DNA from: Antedon mediterranea
Lineage: Eukaryota; Animalia; Echinodermata
NCBI RefSeq assembly: GCF_964355755.1
Contig: NC_092672.1
Location: 20,101,237 to 20,165,236, forward strand
DNA: 64,000 nt
Direction: 5' to 3'
Shown here: piece after piece, positions 12,421 through 24,009 of the stretch
Layout of the letters: each line of letters opens with the position of its first letter
Position numbering within the stretch: position 1 is the first letter of the stretch
Translations under genes and position numbers: made by a program
The notes under the pieces: generated by a model
Told to the model about the DNA's origin: nothing
Database searches by the model: none
The model's input: the letters and a program-made list of their open reading frames with translations, nothing else

Positions 12421-13899
12421 TAGGATCATCATAATAGCAGTTTTCATACTGGAATTACGGAAAAAGGTTAAAGGTTTCAAGATGGTTTTAGGCCTAGGGT
12501 TAAACCATATAATATTTATCTATATATAAATTATGGATAATTCTGACATAGGCGAGCACAATGCAAAAACTTCGGTACAAATCTCCGCCTTGGATACCTA
12601 CCTTATCTATCCGAGATGTACCGCGAAACGTAGATTTGATAACATTAGTGTGCACGCCGACGCTATTGTTCCATATTTATATCTTAGGAAGATATTATAA
12701 AGAGTTTTTTAACAACATTTATGATTTCAACATTGGATTTTCCTCTCAATTTCAATTCTTCCCGGTCAAAGTAATTTCCGGGTTTAAGATAAGTTCACCT
12801 TCTCTTTTAAAGAGTGTTGACAAAGTGCGAGGCAGCAAGGCAAGCGAGGCATGCCAAATATTTGTGCGGCATGCCAAATATTTATGCGAGGCATCATTTT
12901 ATCATTTCCAAAAGTGCGAGGCATGCAAGACATATAGTTTACAATTTCAAAAAGGTGCGAGGCATATCTTAACGTGCTATTATGCTATATTATAGGCCTA
13001 ATAATCAATCGATACAAGCGTATCTAAATAGATTCGTGTATACACTCATCATGTTGTTTATTTTTATGTAACGATTGTTTTTTCATTCAAGTCATATCGT
13101 GTCAAATTTTACTTTTACAAAAGTGCCCAAACTACGGTTCAAAAATCTGAACGACAGTCTTCAACTTTCGATAAACAATAATTGTTATAGCGACACACTC
13201 ATCAAATGACTGCAATGTTTGTTGGCATTTCGAGCGTGTTCACTCACATGTCTCTCGAACATTGCAGAGTGAAAATAATATTTTGTCACACCCCTGCGCC
13301 TAGATCCGGTAGACCCGAGAGATGGAAAATCCCTCTTTAATATTTATCAGGTAGCGGAATGATTCAGCCCTCAGCTCAGAGGATTGTGGTGCATTCCCCT
13401 CCTATAGCACGTGGTTTCAGCAGCAACGCACAGACTTCTCTCTGAGCGGCGTGCCAAAGACATTTTTGACATTCCATTCTCTAGGAACAACACGTGTACC
13501 TCTCTCGCAAATAAGGTGAACAGCGATTGCCAGGACAAGTTCAATAACTGGCGGTGAATAAAAGTTAACTGATATGCCGATCCAATAACATGCCGCAAAG
13601 AAAAAAATTGCGACAGAATTCTGGAGCGCGTGTGAAAAAAGACTTGTAATACTAGGCCTAAAATTAAACTTTAGCTAATATGCTTAGCCCTAACCTAGAT
13701 AAGAGGCCTATGTAGAAAATAATTTAATCAATTTTGATAAAATAATAATTGGTGTAATATTTAATAATGATACACTATTCCTGTTTTAGTAAGCTAGGTA
13801 TATTACGAACGATTTTTATTTATTGTTGTCCATGTACGTACTAATAAACCTGGCGCTAGTTTCCTTCGCTTGTATTTTTACTCCAAATTTGATAAATAA

Positions 13900-15197
13900 C
13901 TAACTTTATCGTGTGAATACCACACCTTAGAAGTATACCTCATGAGTACTTTAATGAAAGAATCACATAAAAAGTAACAAATAAATCCTTAAATTAATGA
14001 TTTTACAGGCGTGTTTCTCGCACACTGTTCGCGAATTTCACTTATTCAATGTTCAATATTTTTGTTTCTATGGAGCCCCAAAAGAGCAACGATAATAGAG
14101 GACTAAAACTCAGTGGAATGCGTCAATTTCTCATGCATTTATTGGTGAAAAACACGTTTTATTTCAATATATTTGTTAATTTGTCAATAAAAATGTTGTA
14201 ATATGTTACTGCTGATACTGTTCTGTTTTCAAAGAATAATAATCGATCCTAAATCAACATCACTACCTAGTCTAGACCTAGGACATCCTACTAAGGATAT
14301 TATGATGAATTTTTCTATTTTATTCATCATCATCATCATTCGCGGTACTATATACGTACCATTTATTTGTATCAACAACAAAATAATACAGTATTTCTTT
14401 CACAAGAATATTTCTATAAACTTATTTGATACAAAACGGGTATGCAATGAGCCGAAGCTCTTAAACGCATTACCCTATAATACAGATATCTAATTAGCAA
14501 ATAAAACAATAAAAGTACAAATAGAAATAAAAAGTAAAAGTAACAAAAGTGAACTCTACATGAGTGAGTATTTATTTATTAATAGTTGTTGTATTTCCTT
14601 TTTAAATTTTCCGATTTTAGTTTCACACTTTATGTTTTCAGGTAAACGGTTCCAAATATTTGCCCCTCTATAGGCAATACTTCTTTGTCCTATATTTGTT
14701 CTTTTTAGAGGAATACGGAAATCACTCTTCTTCCGCGTACCATACTCATGTACAGATTCCATTTTTGTAAAAAAAGAGTTAAATGAAACTGGTAAATTGC
14801 CCATACGGAATTGAAACATAAATACAGCAGTGTACTTTTCATACAAGTCAAAAATATTCAATAGGTTTCTTTAAAATGTTAACGAAACCGTGTACATTAT
14901 CAACAGTAACATTTTTCCTTACTGACAGTGACAAAATCTATTGAAATTGTACTTGATTTTCACCAAATAATGCGTTAAATATAAATGGATTCCACAGAGT
15001 TTTTAGCCCTCTAATTAATTTTGCTCTTTTGGCGTTCCATAGAAACCAAAATATTGAACATTGAGTGTGCGAAATGCGAGAAAAACAACGTCTGTAAAAT
15101 CACCAATTTAATGGATTTATTGTTACTTTTATGTGATTTTTCTTCATTAAAGTAGGCCTACTAATTCTAAGCTGTGGTATTCAGGATAAAGTTGGTT
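13900..15197. repeat. Internal ~270-bp diverged inverted repeat (13900-14170 vs 14940-15197), probable foldback element
   Basis: caatgttcaatatttttgtttctatggagccccaaaagagcaa vs ttgctcttttggcgttccatagaaaccaaaatattgaacattg, with matching flanks. Confidence 0.8.
14400..14870 (-). mobile_element. 3' fragment of a CR1-group (Crack/Daphne-like) LINE
   Basis: ORF 14556-14861 has HEYGTR...RTNIGQRSIAYRGANIWNRLP...FKK, the usual ORF2 C-terminus, followed by 3' UTR. Confidence 0.85.
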
Positions 15198-16643
15198 AAA
15201 ATACGTACAAGGCAGGTGCAAAAGAAAACTAGCCTAGCGGGCCTAGGCCTAGGCTACTTCAATTTCGGTGATTTCCTGCCTTGCAATTTTGAGAAATGAT
15301 AAAATGATGCCTCGCATTTTTTGATGATGGTAAAACGATGCCTCGCATAAATTTCTGACTTGCCTCGCATGCCTTCCCTGCCTCGCGTGCCTCGCTGCCT
15401 CGCACTTTGTTACTACCCTCTTTTAAACACAAGGGAGCAGTTAAAATAATAGATTTGACCCTAAAGGTGACTGGAAACAGGCACTTTCCATCAATCAATA
15501 CAGTGTCCCTTTGGAAGACGAAAAAAAATCAGATAGTAGGAGTCATAGCCATTTCAGTTTTTTGTTTATTTTAAAACATACCACGCGTGTGTGAAGGTAC
15601 AGTAGTTAAATTATACTGCAAATTAATAAAGATCAAATTAAATATACATCATAAAGAATCAGAATATATTGTGGGGAATAGTATTATAAATTACATAGGG
15701 AGATTTGATGATAAGACATTTTTCGAGTGAAATCCCGATAGCTGAGTTTTATTGAGTAAGCTTGCAGGAATAACTGTAGGCTATCTTCCTGTGTCCCGTT
15801 AGGACCGAGATGTCTGCCCATGTTGCAAGCCGTAATGTCTTCTTTCTTGGGCCCACTCTGTTACGGCAGTTTCAAAAGATGATTAAATTAAATAATGTAT
15901 TAATAATTATTAGGATGGTATTCATTTGAATAAACGCCTCTCCAATAAAACATCACTTTGAATAATAAACCCCCCCCCCCCCAACCCAACTATCTAATAA
16001 ACATCCATCCACATATTTATAATAACACAGTTATACTATTTGTAGTAGAATTTACCGCACTGTTATCTACAAAATTTACCAAGCATTTGTTATTCTTTTT
16101 TACCACTTTTCATATCTACTGTATTAGAGGATTTCATTTGATTATAAATGTTACCATATTATTAAAACTAAAAAATTTAACATATTATATCCCTCGAATA
16201 AGCACCTCCCTCAAATGACCTCCGCCTCCCCAAAGGGCCCTACCAAACAATAAAAACTATACTTTAAAATGTTATTAATCATCTAAAACACTGTGAAACA
16301 AAGTAGTTTAGTTTTACGAATGTCAAGCATTTTCAATAATGGTAACCGACAGAAAATGTATAAGGAGAACATTATCATTCCGAGAACCATCGTCTACACT
16401 TCCTAGAGGGGGAGCGAGCGAAGCGAGCTAACCCTCTAGTATTATAAATAAAGGAAGTAAATTCATTGGTTAGTGTTCATTAAATATCTTTGTATCAAAA
16501 TTGATTAAATTCACAGCGTTAATGAATGGTGGCACAGAATAGTTAGCTCTTGTTAAGAAAGCTAATTGTAATACTTTACTCTCTGTCCAAATTAGCTATT
16601 AAATCAAATCAACATCACAGGCAGAATGGGAAAGCATACCCGT

Positions 16644-17200
16644 TTCGTGAGGTTAATTTCCCGATTGATCGAAATCAAAACGGTACTGGGTATGGTCTAC
16701 TAGTTTTTCTGCTCCCAACCAGTACATCCATTCATAGAAGCTTTGATGAAGTAAGCCTACCTGGTGGTAACCATAGAACGGTTCCGAGATAACGACTATA
16801 CTTCGGCTTAGTCGACAGAAGTTTGAAAAAATTGTTAGAGATAGAGTATACGATGTTTGATTACGTACGTGTAGATGTGTGATTTGTTCTTTTTATTCAA
16901 ATGATGTTATGTATTTAATAATATTCGTGAGGTTAATTTCCCGATTGATCGAAATCAAAACGGTACTGGGTATAGTCTACTAGTTTTTCTGTTCCCAACC
17001 AGTACATCCATTCATAGAAGCTTTGATGAAGTAAGCCTACCTGGTGGTAACCATAGAACGGTTCCGCGATAACGACTATACTTCGGCTTTAGTCGACAGA
17101 AGTTTGAAAAAATTGTTAGAGATAGAGTATACGATGTTTGATTACGTACGTGTAGATGTGTGATTTGTTCTTTTTATTCAAATGATGTTAGTATTTAATA
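16644..17200. repeat. 280-bp tandem duplication
   Basis: ttcgtgaggttaatttcccgattg...gtatttaata starts at 16644 and 16924, nearly identical. Confidence 0.95.
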
Positions 17201-17598
17201 AATTTGTTATATCAATTAATTCAATTATCGTAGATTGCATATTATGCAATAAATATTATTTAATATATTTGTTAGTATAAATTAAAAATATAGATATAAG
17301 GAAGAAAAGCAAAGAGATTATGGAGCGGCTGTACCAGAATATACAACACTAAGTATTGTAAAGTTAATATATTAAAAATTTAGGCGATCTTGTCAAAGGT
17401 CAAGCGCCTTCAACCTGCCACGTTTCGATATTCAATATTGAACTTGACCTAAACACACACTCACATTTCTACTTTTCTAAGGACACAATTACAACTCCAC
17501 TCCCAAACACTTGTAATAAGACTTTGTTTATGTAGAGCATCTTGTGTATATGTTTGTCTTGTGAACCTAGCTCTGAGGGTCCCTAATGATCAGCAATT

Positions 17599-20395
17599 TT
17601 TTTGTTTTAATCTTATGTGGGTTCATCCCACTTTTATTTCCATACAACTGTTCTCTTTACATATATTTTTCACTATACACTAATACATATCATTATATTT
17701 ACAATGTTTGTTTAATCATCTGTTTACATATACTTATTTAAAGAGTTTTATTCATTTGTTTACATATTATCACATTGATTACAGAGCTTCCTCTTTTTAA
17801 ACATATTATCTGTAACACATTTTCATTAACAAGCTTATTTTTTTCTTACATAGTTGTTTTTGATTTTTTCATCTACCACATTTTCATTTAACAATGCATA
17901 TTCTCTGTTATACTCATTACTTACTAAATGTTTACTGTTAACATAATATTGTTCTCATCCTTTAACATTAATATTAATATTTTTGTTTACAAAACTTTTA
18001 TTTCCGGCAGATTATCCTTTTTTTGCATCTATAACTTCTTAAATTTTCATTTAACTTTTTTACTTTCTTCTCTTATGTGGATTCATTCCACTTTGTTTTT
18101 ACTTATTTTCTTTAAAAAAAAACTATTTCCATATATTATTTTGTTTATACATACATTATCATTTAACCACATTGATTACATAGTTTCCTCTTTTTATACA
18201 TATTATCTATAACACATTTTCATTAACAAAGCTTATTTTTTCTTACATAGTTGTTTTTGTTTTTTTTTCATCTACATGCATATTTATTTCATACAATTAT
18301 AATACGTTTATGTTTAATAAATCCATCCCATGGGTTTGTCCCATTTTATTTTTCTTTGGATTTATCTATGCAAACATATTTTCATTTAAACAATGCATAT
18401 TCTCTGTTATACTAATTACTTACTAACTTTTTACTGTTAACATTATATTTTCCTCGTCCTTTAACATTGATTTTTTGATCTTTAAATGTTTACAAAATTT
18501 ATTTCCAACAGATTATCCTTTTTTACATCTACAGTATAACCCATCAAAGTTTCATTTAACTTTTTTTTTCTTATGTGGGTTCATTCAATTTTTTTTTTAC
18601 TTATTATTTAATATTCTATTATTTTTTTATACATACATTATCATTTAACAACATTTATGTTTAATGATCCATTAAAAAAATTAGACATTTTTTTTTCTTT
18701 TTAACCATTTTATCATTTCAAAATTCCACATGCAGTAAGAATGTGCAAATTACACATATATATACCTATATATCATTTTTTTATCATCAATCTATAAAAA
18801 GCTTTTCACATTTTGTCTTTTTGTTTTCAAATCATCAAGGTATACATATTTACAAAACATACAATATAGTAGCAAGAAAAAAAAAAAACATAATAGATTC
18901 ATCATTCATGGTATCTCATTTACATATTTTCTTCCTTAATCTGGTTGAGCATATACAGTATACCTGCAGATTTACATATTTCTTATCTTTTTTTCAGATT
19001 TAAACATTTGTAGGAGATTGATTTTTTTTCTTTTTCCAATAAACTTAATATCTTTACTTTATAAATACAAAATGCTCCTAAAGTGTATAATTTATTTACG
19101 TAATTATTGTCAGTTTCAAATAAAAGTCTTTTGAAAGAAAAAACAGGAATATGTATGCTTACTGCTCTAATTATTTCGTTTATCTCTCTCCATAAACATT
19201 TTACTGTTATGCACTCTACTAACATATGTTTATCATTCTCAATAACATTGCATGTGTCACAACATGGTGAATTTACAAGTCTCCACCTATGTAATCTTTC
19301 ATTTGTTGGCAATATTCTGTGCAACAATTTAAAATTAAAATGTGCTAGTTTTTTTTCTTTAAGACCAGAAACTTTCTTAACCCATATTTTTGTCCATGGC
19401 ATATTACCAAATATGGATTCCCACTTAACCTGTGCCGTAGGCGTAATATATTGAGCATCTATTATGAATCTATATAATTGTCTAGACGTCATATTTAAGA
19501 CCTTATTGTTTGTAATAGGTATATCATTTACATTAATGTCATGGGTTGATTTTAAAATACATTTCCATTCTTTTGGAATGGATTTCAATGTACATGAATA
19601 TTCACTGATCCAATTTTGTGTACATCTTAACCTTCTTGTTATCTCTATCGCAGGCTTAAACACATTATTATTTATTACATCATATCTTTTTAAAAACCCT
19701 GATCTAATCCAGTTACAGTTATATAACGGCTTCTTTTTAATACATATAAACTCATTACCCCATAATGATTGATTAATAATGTCATCATAGCTTATTGGTT
19801 CCTTATTTAATCTATTATTACAAGCATTAGCTACTGCTATAGACTTAATAACTCAGCTGAGAGGTAAAATGGTGGTACGGATATATTACACGGAACTTTT
19901 GATAAATTTGAGGTTAATGATTTTGGGCCTATTTTTTCTATATAAAATGTAGGTAAATATTTCCATTTGGCATCATCGTTTTCATACAGTCTCCTGTACC
20001 ATTTAACTTGGAAAGATATTACCTGAGATCTGAATTCTACCATTTTTAGACCACCTTGACTGTAATTGGCACACATGGTTTTTCTTTTTATTTTCTCTTT
20101 CTTAGTTTCCCAAATGAATTAAAAAATTAATTTATCCACCTCTTTTATTACTTTTTCTGGTACTAGAAAAATGCTGGAATTGTATATAATTTTTGAGAGC
20201 GCTAATGTTTTTACAATAGTAATTCTTCCAAAAAAAGTGAGGTGTCTTTTCTCCCATGTTTTTAGGGTATTTTCTAATGCGTCTATTTTTTCTTTCCAGT
20301 TCTTTTGATAACAATATTCCTTATCATGTCCAACATAGATACCTAATATCCGAATTGGTGTGGATGTCCAAGAAATGTTACCATGTGTGTCCTGC
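17599..20395 (-). mobile_element. 5'-truncated Tx1/L1-clade LINE with long, internally duplicated 3' UTR
   Basis: Frameshifted ORFs 20397-20119 (RILGIY..WEKRHLTFFGRITIVKTLALSK), 20076-19837 (QGGLKM) and 19663-18983 (FNFKLLHRILPTN..C..C...E..KHMLVEC, zf-RVT). A-rich tail at 17599. 14-bp TSD AATGATCAGCAATT at 17585-17598 and 20396-20409. Confidence 0.9.
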
Positions 20396-21011
20396 AATGA
20401 TCAGCAATTGCTGGATGGATCACCCTCATTAAATATGGTTAAAAAAAATATTAAAAACTGTAAATCAAGAAAAACAACATAAAAAAGTAAGTCACAATGT
20501 GTACATCATCATCATTTCATAGCCTTTGTCAGCTTATTGATCATGTCATCTGGACTGATTTTAATAATATTTGTTTTTCTCTTTTATTCTCTATCTAGAA
20601 AATCATGGCACTTTCAACTTTTAAATCCCAAAAAATAAAAAAATTATTATAAACACTCAACATGTATAGAATTTGTCAAATTTTATATAAATATTTATTA
20701 ACATAGTAAATAAGTCAATACAGTAATTGTGTCATATTTGTTGTGATTGTTTGTTATCCAAACATGATAAATATTTGTATACATTACCTTTTTTTTATAC
20801 ATCATTAATGATCATAACAGTTTAAATTTGTAACTTTATCATATAGATTTTGCCTCTTTCACTGTAAATGAATTGATAAAATGCACTTTGTGAAGTGAAA
20901 CAAATTAATGTAATAAAATTCACTTAATTAAATAAATTAAATCAATAAATTTAAACTCAGATTACAAATACTGCCACCAGTGTCCCAACATTTGAGATCA
21001 CTTCTTTCTTG

Positions 21012-22534
21012 GGGCCTGTTTCTGCTGCATAAAAATAACCGGTTAAAATCGGTGTGAATAAATTAAAATCGGTGTGAATAAATTAACTCCATTTTCTTGG
21101 CAGCAGAAACAGGACAAATTTGTGGTAACCGGTTAAAACGCAGCGCAAAATCACCGGTTAAAAACACCAATTTAAATCGGTGTTAGAACGCCGTTTAACC
21201 GGTTATCGCTGAGCAATTCTTAGCTGCAACACGAAATAACGGTTATTTGATTGACAGTTGTGACCCCGGGTCAGATACCGTCGCGTACCATGTGTGTTTT
21301 CCTTGTGGTTTTGACAGTCGAACGAAGAAGTGAACGTGGATGAATGAAAATCACAACATTATGTTATTCAGTTGTGGGGGAAAGATGTGGGGGGAAGATG
21401 TGGGGGGAAGATGTGGGGGGGAAGAGAAAGTGCGGGGAAGTATGGCAGGCAATAGAAAAGATTCACAGATATATAAGAGCATTTTTGCGAAAGTAAAAGA
21501 GGAATTCGGGGTGGAGTTCCGAACTACCCAAGCTAAACAATTTGAGGCTTCACGCTCGCGAAGGGTAGGCCTATGGTCCTATAAACACCAAACGGAAACA
21601 AAAGGGACTCAGAATGTTGCAAATACCTACCAAACAAGAATAGATAATGGTTAATTAATTATGAAAACCCAAATTTTATAGCAAAAATCGTCCGAATTTA
21701 TGTTAAAAACAATGAATTTAGCAACAAAAACTGAAACCAAACAAGCGTATTTATGGCACGCCATTAGTGCCTTTAATAGGAGAACAATGAACAATTTGAT
21801 TGTTTTACATAATATAATTTTTTAGAAAAAGGTTATCAGAGCCTTTGATAATATATTAAATATAATTTTATTAAGCATAGAAATGTGTTATTATTTATTT
21901 TAGTACATAAATATACGAAATAATGTTCAATACTCATTGTTCTATTAAAAGGCACTATGTGCGTGCGATATTCTATGACTTGGATACTCTCGTTTGATTT
22001 CAGTTTTTGTGGCTAAACTCGTTTGGTTTGGTAGGTATTGCAACATTCTGAGTCTTGTTTTTGTTTCCGTTTGATGTTTAGTAGGACCGCGCTCGCGAAA
22101 GACAACAAGTGTTCAGCTCAGGTGGGAAGGGAATTAGGCAAGATAATAATTATCCTAGGCGATCGGGCGCTGCACGACCCTCCCCATGTTATTGAAGGTG
22201 CCATGAGAATTAATGTAAATTAGCGATGGTAAGTAGGCTTTACAAAAAACAAAATTTGTAGACCTGGAGACAACATTTTATTATTTTAACATGTTCGGCG
22301 ATATACACGTGTGTACTGAGCGTCGATGTAAACAAACAGCCAACTTACTACTTCCGTCTGAGTGTATTGCATTTTGGGTAATGATGATGTTTTGCTCGAC
22401 GACCACCCATTGTAGATTTAATCGGTTATTTCGTTGCACAAATTGAGCAGAAACGCGGTCTTTGTTATTGTTATCTATTTTTAATCTATTTAAAAATAAC
22501 CGGTTAAATTGCGTTATGCAGCAGAAACAGACCC
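21012..22534. mobile_element. Harbinger-type non-autonomous element
   Basis: TIRs GGGCCTGTTTCTGCTGCATA / TATGCAGCAGAAACAGACCC, flanked by TTG and TTA. Subterminal AACCGGTT palindromes. Confidence 0.8.
21575..22088. mobile_element. Nested foldback MITE, probably MULE-like
   Basis: Long inverted arms ggtcctataaacaccaaacggaaacaaaa...ctcagaatgttgcaaatacctaccaaac and the reverse complement at 22025-22088. Flanking direct repeat CGCTCGCGAA at 21553-21562 and 22090-22099. Confidence 0.75.
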
Positions 22535-23563
22535 TTATAAATACTGCCACCAATGTAAGCTTATTTGTTATCTTTGCTGTTCTATATTTGTAATCAATAC
22601 AAAGGTTAAAGTGTAAATATTACCTTTTTATGAATTCTCTTCCTACAGTGTTGAGCCTAATCTAATACTGTTTTACTTAAATTGTACAAAGGCTTCTTAA
22701 AGCTTATTCACATGTCTAAATTAGACGGAAGTTTTTCAATTCAATTGTTACTTACAGTTTTGCTGAAAGAATTGATAGGTTGCAAATTTAAATTGATTTA
22801 ACAAAGTTACGAATGTGAATTGAGTGATTGTTCCAAATGGCTGGAATGACATTTAAAAAGAATATTTAAGAGAGTTACAATGGAAAAAAGGGATACAGAA
22901 AGTGGGGAAATCTCTTCTTTGATTAATAAAGTATTACAGACCAAAATGTTTCATTATTTTGTGTTTTAGCCTAGAGGGCGTTTTTAAGAATTGTGTTGTT
23001 AATTGTTCAAACATTTTAAAAGATTACTTTGTACTGTTCATATTTATTTTACAGGGTGTGAGTGAGTGTAGCTACTGTATGACACAAAGTACAATGTTAT
23101 TGAACTTCTTTCAATATAGGTAGCTTGTAAACAATTGACTATTATATAATTTGCACATTTTGAGCTTTGCTGTCATCATTAAATTCATTTTTAAACATTT
23201 TATTTGATTAATTTATTCACCGCGTGACATGATCAAAAAGAAAAATCAATATGCATCTGTAGTATAAGATGCTTTTATTAAAATGTCATTATAGCACACG
23301 GCAGAATTGGAAGTAATGTTTCACAATAGTAAAAAATAGTTGAAATGGTAAATCATACAAAATGAAAAATCTATACAAATTTAACAAATCAGGATAAAAA
23401 TTTATTTGACATTGACATTATCTTTATATTATGACCTTTGGATTTTCTATTTATTTTACCTTGTCTTTAACCAATATTACATTTGAAATTGTAGGGCAAT
23501 GATAAAATGAAAGCAAACATTAAATCATGCGACTTTGAATACTTGATTGACACAGACAATTTA

Positions 23564-23735
23564 TAACAATTCTTGTCCAGTATTGGTTTTCACTATTTCA
23601 TGTCTTTAAAAGTAAAATGTTCACTGTAGAGTATTTGTATGTAGCTGTTTAACAATTCTTGTCCAGTATTGGTCTTCATTATTTCATATCTTTAAAAGTA
23701 AAATGTTCATTATAGGGTATTTGTTGTAGCTGTTT
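23564..23735. repeat. ~86-bp tandem duplication
   Basis: taacaattcttgtccagtattggt...gtagctgttt occurs twice. Confidence 0.85.
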
Positions 23736-24009
23736 GTCATGTTGGTTTACCTGCTTATCTTTACAATCTATTAGTATGTTAAACATTTTGTACAGTCAAG
23801 AGTTAAGTTGTACATTTTACCCAGTTGTTTCTTGTCTTTATTGAAAATGATACCTTAATATCAGTGGTACTGGTGTCACACAGTGCATCCAAAAAGAATA
23901 AACAAAAAAAACAACAAAAGTAATTAAATGAACAAATTGAACATTAAACTTTTAAACTTCTAAACTTCTTATACATTTTTTAGTGAATTTATTTGTTCAT
24001 TTCTAATTA

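Larger units (their letters stand above)
12812..15418. mobile_element. Non-autonomous Mutator-like element (MULE)
   Basis: G-initiated TIRs GAGTGTTGACAAAGTGCGAGGCAGC / GCTGCCTCGCACTTTGTTACTACCC with arrays of GCGAGGCA subterminal repeats. 9-bp TSD TCTTTTAAA at 12803-12811 and 15419-15427. Confidence 0.8.
12519..16439 (+). mobile_element. Non-autonomous Helitron with nested insertions
   Basis: 5' end A|TCTATATATAAATT at 12519. 3' hairpin CTAGAGGG..GCGAGCGAAGCGAGC..CCCTCTAG|T ending at 16439. Both ends match the minus-strand element at 52926-54270. Pairing of the two ends across 3.9 kb is inferred. Confidence 0.7.

Noticed and set aside
12561-12995. 144-aa ORF (and 15259-15498 on the minus strand)
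   Set aside because: Crosses the Helitron/MULE junction and reads through GCGAGGCA subterminal repeats.
16550-16870. Coding-like ORF within the 280-bp duplication
   Set aside because: 80 aa with no recognisable motif. It cannot be supported as a gene.
19107-19772. Plus-strand ORFs of 115 and 102 aa
   Set aside because: Antisense shadows of the Tx1 ORF2.
21340-21654. 104-aa Gly-rich ORF
   Set aside because: Derived from a (gtggggggaagat)n tract and spans the junction of nested MITEs.
23054-23066. Possible 7-nt micro-exon (ttttacag|ggtgtga|gtgagt)
   Set aside because: Good-looking splice sites but no independent support. Such matches arise by chance in AT-rich introns.
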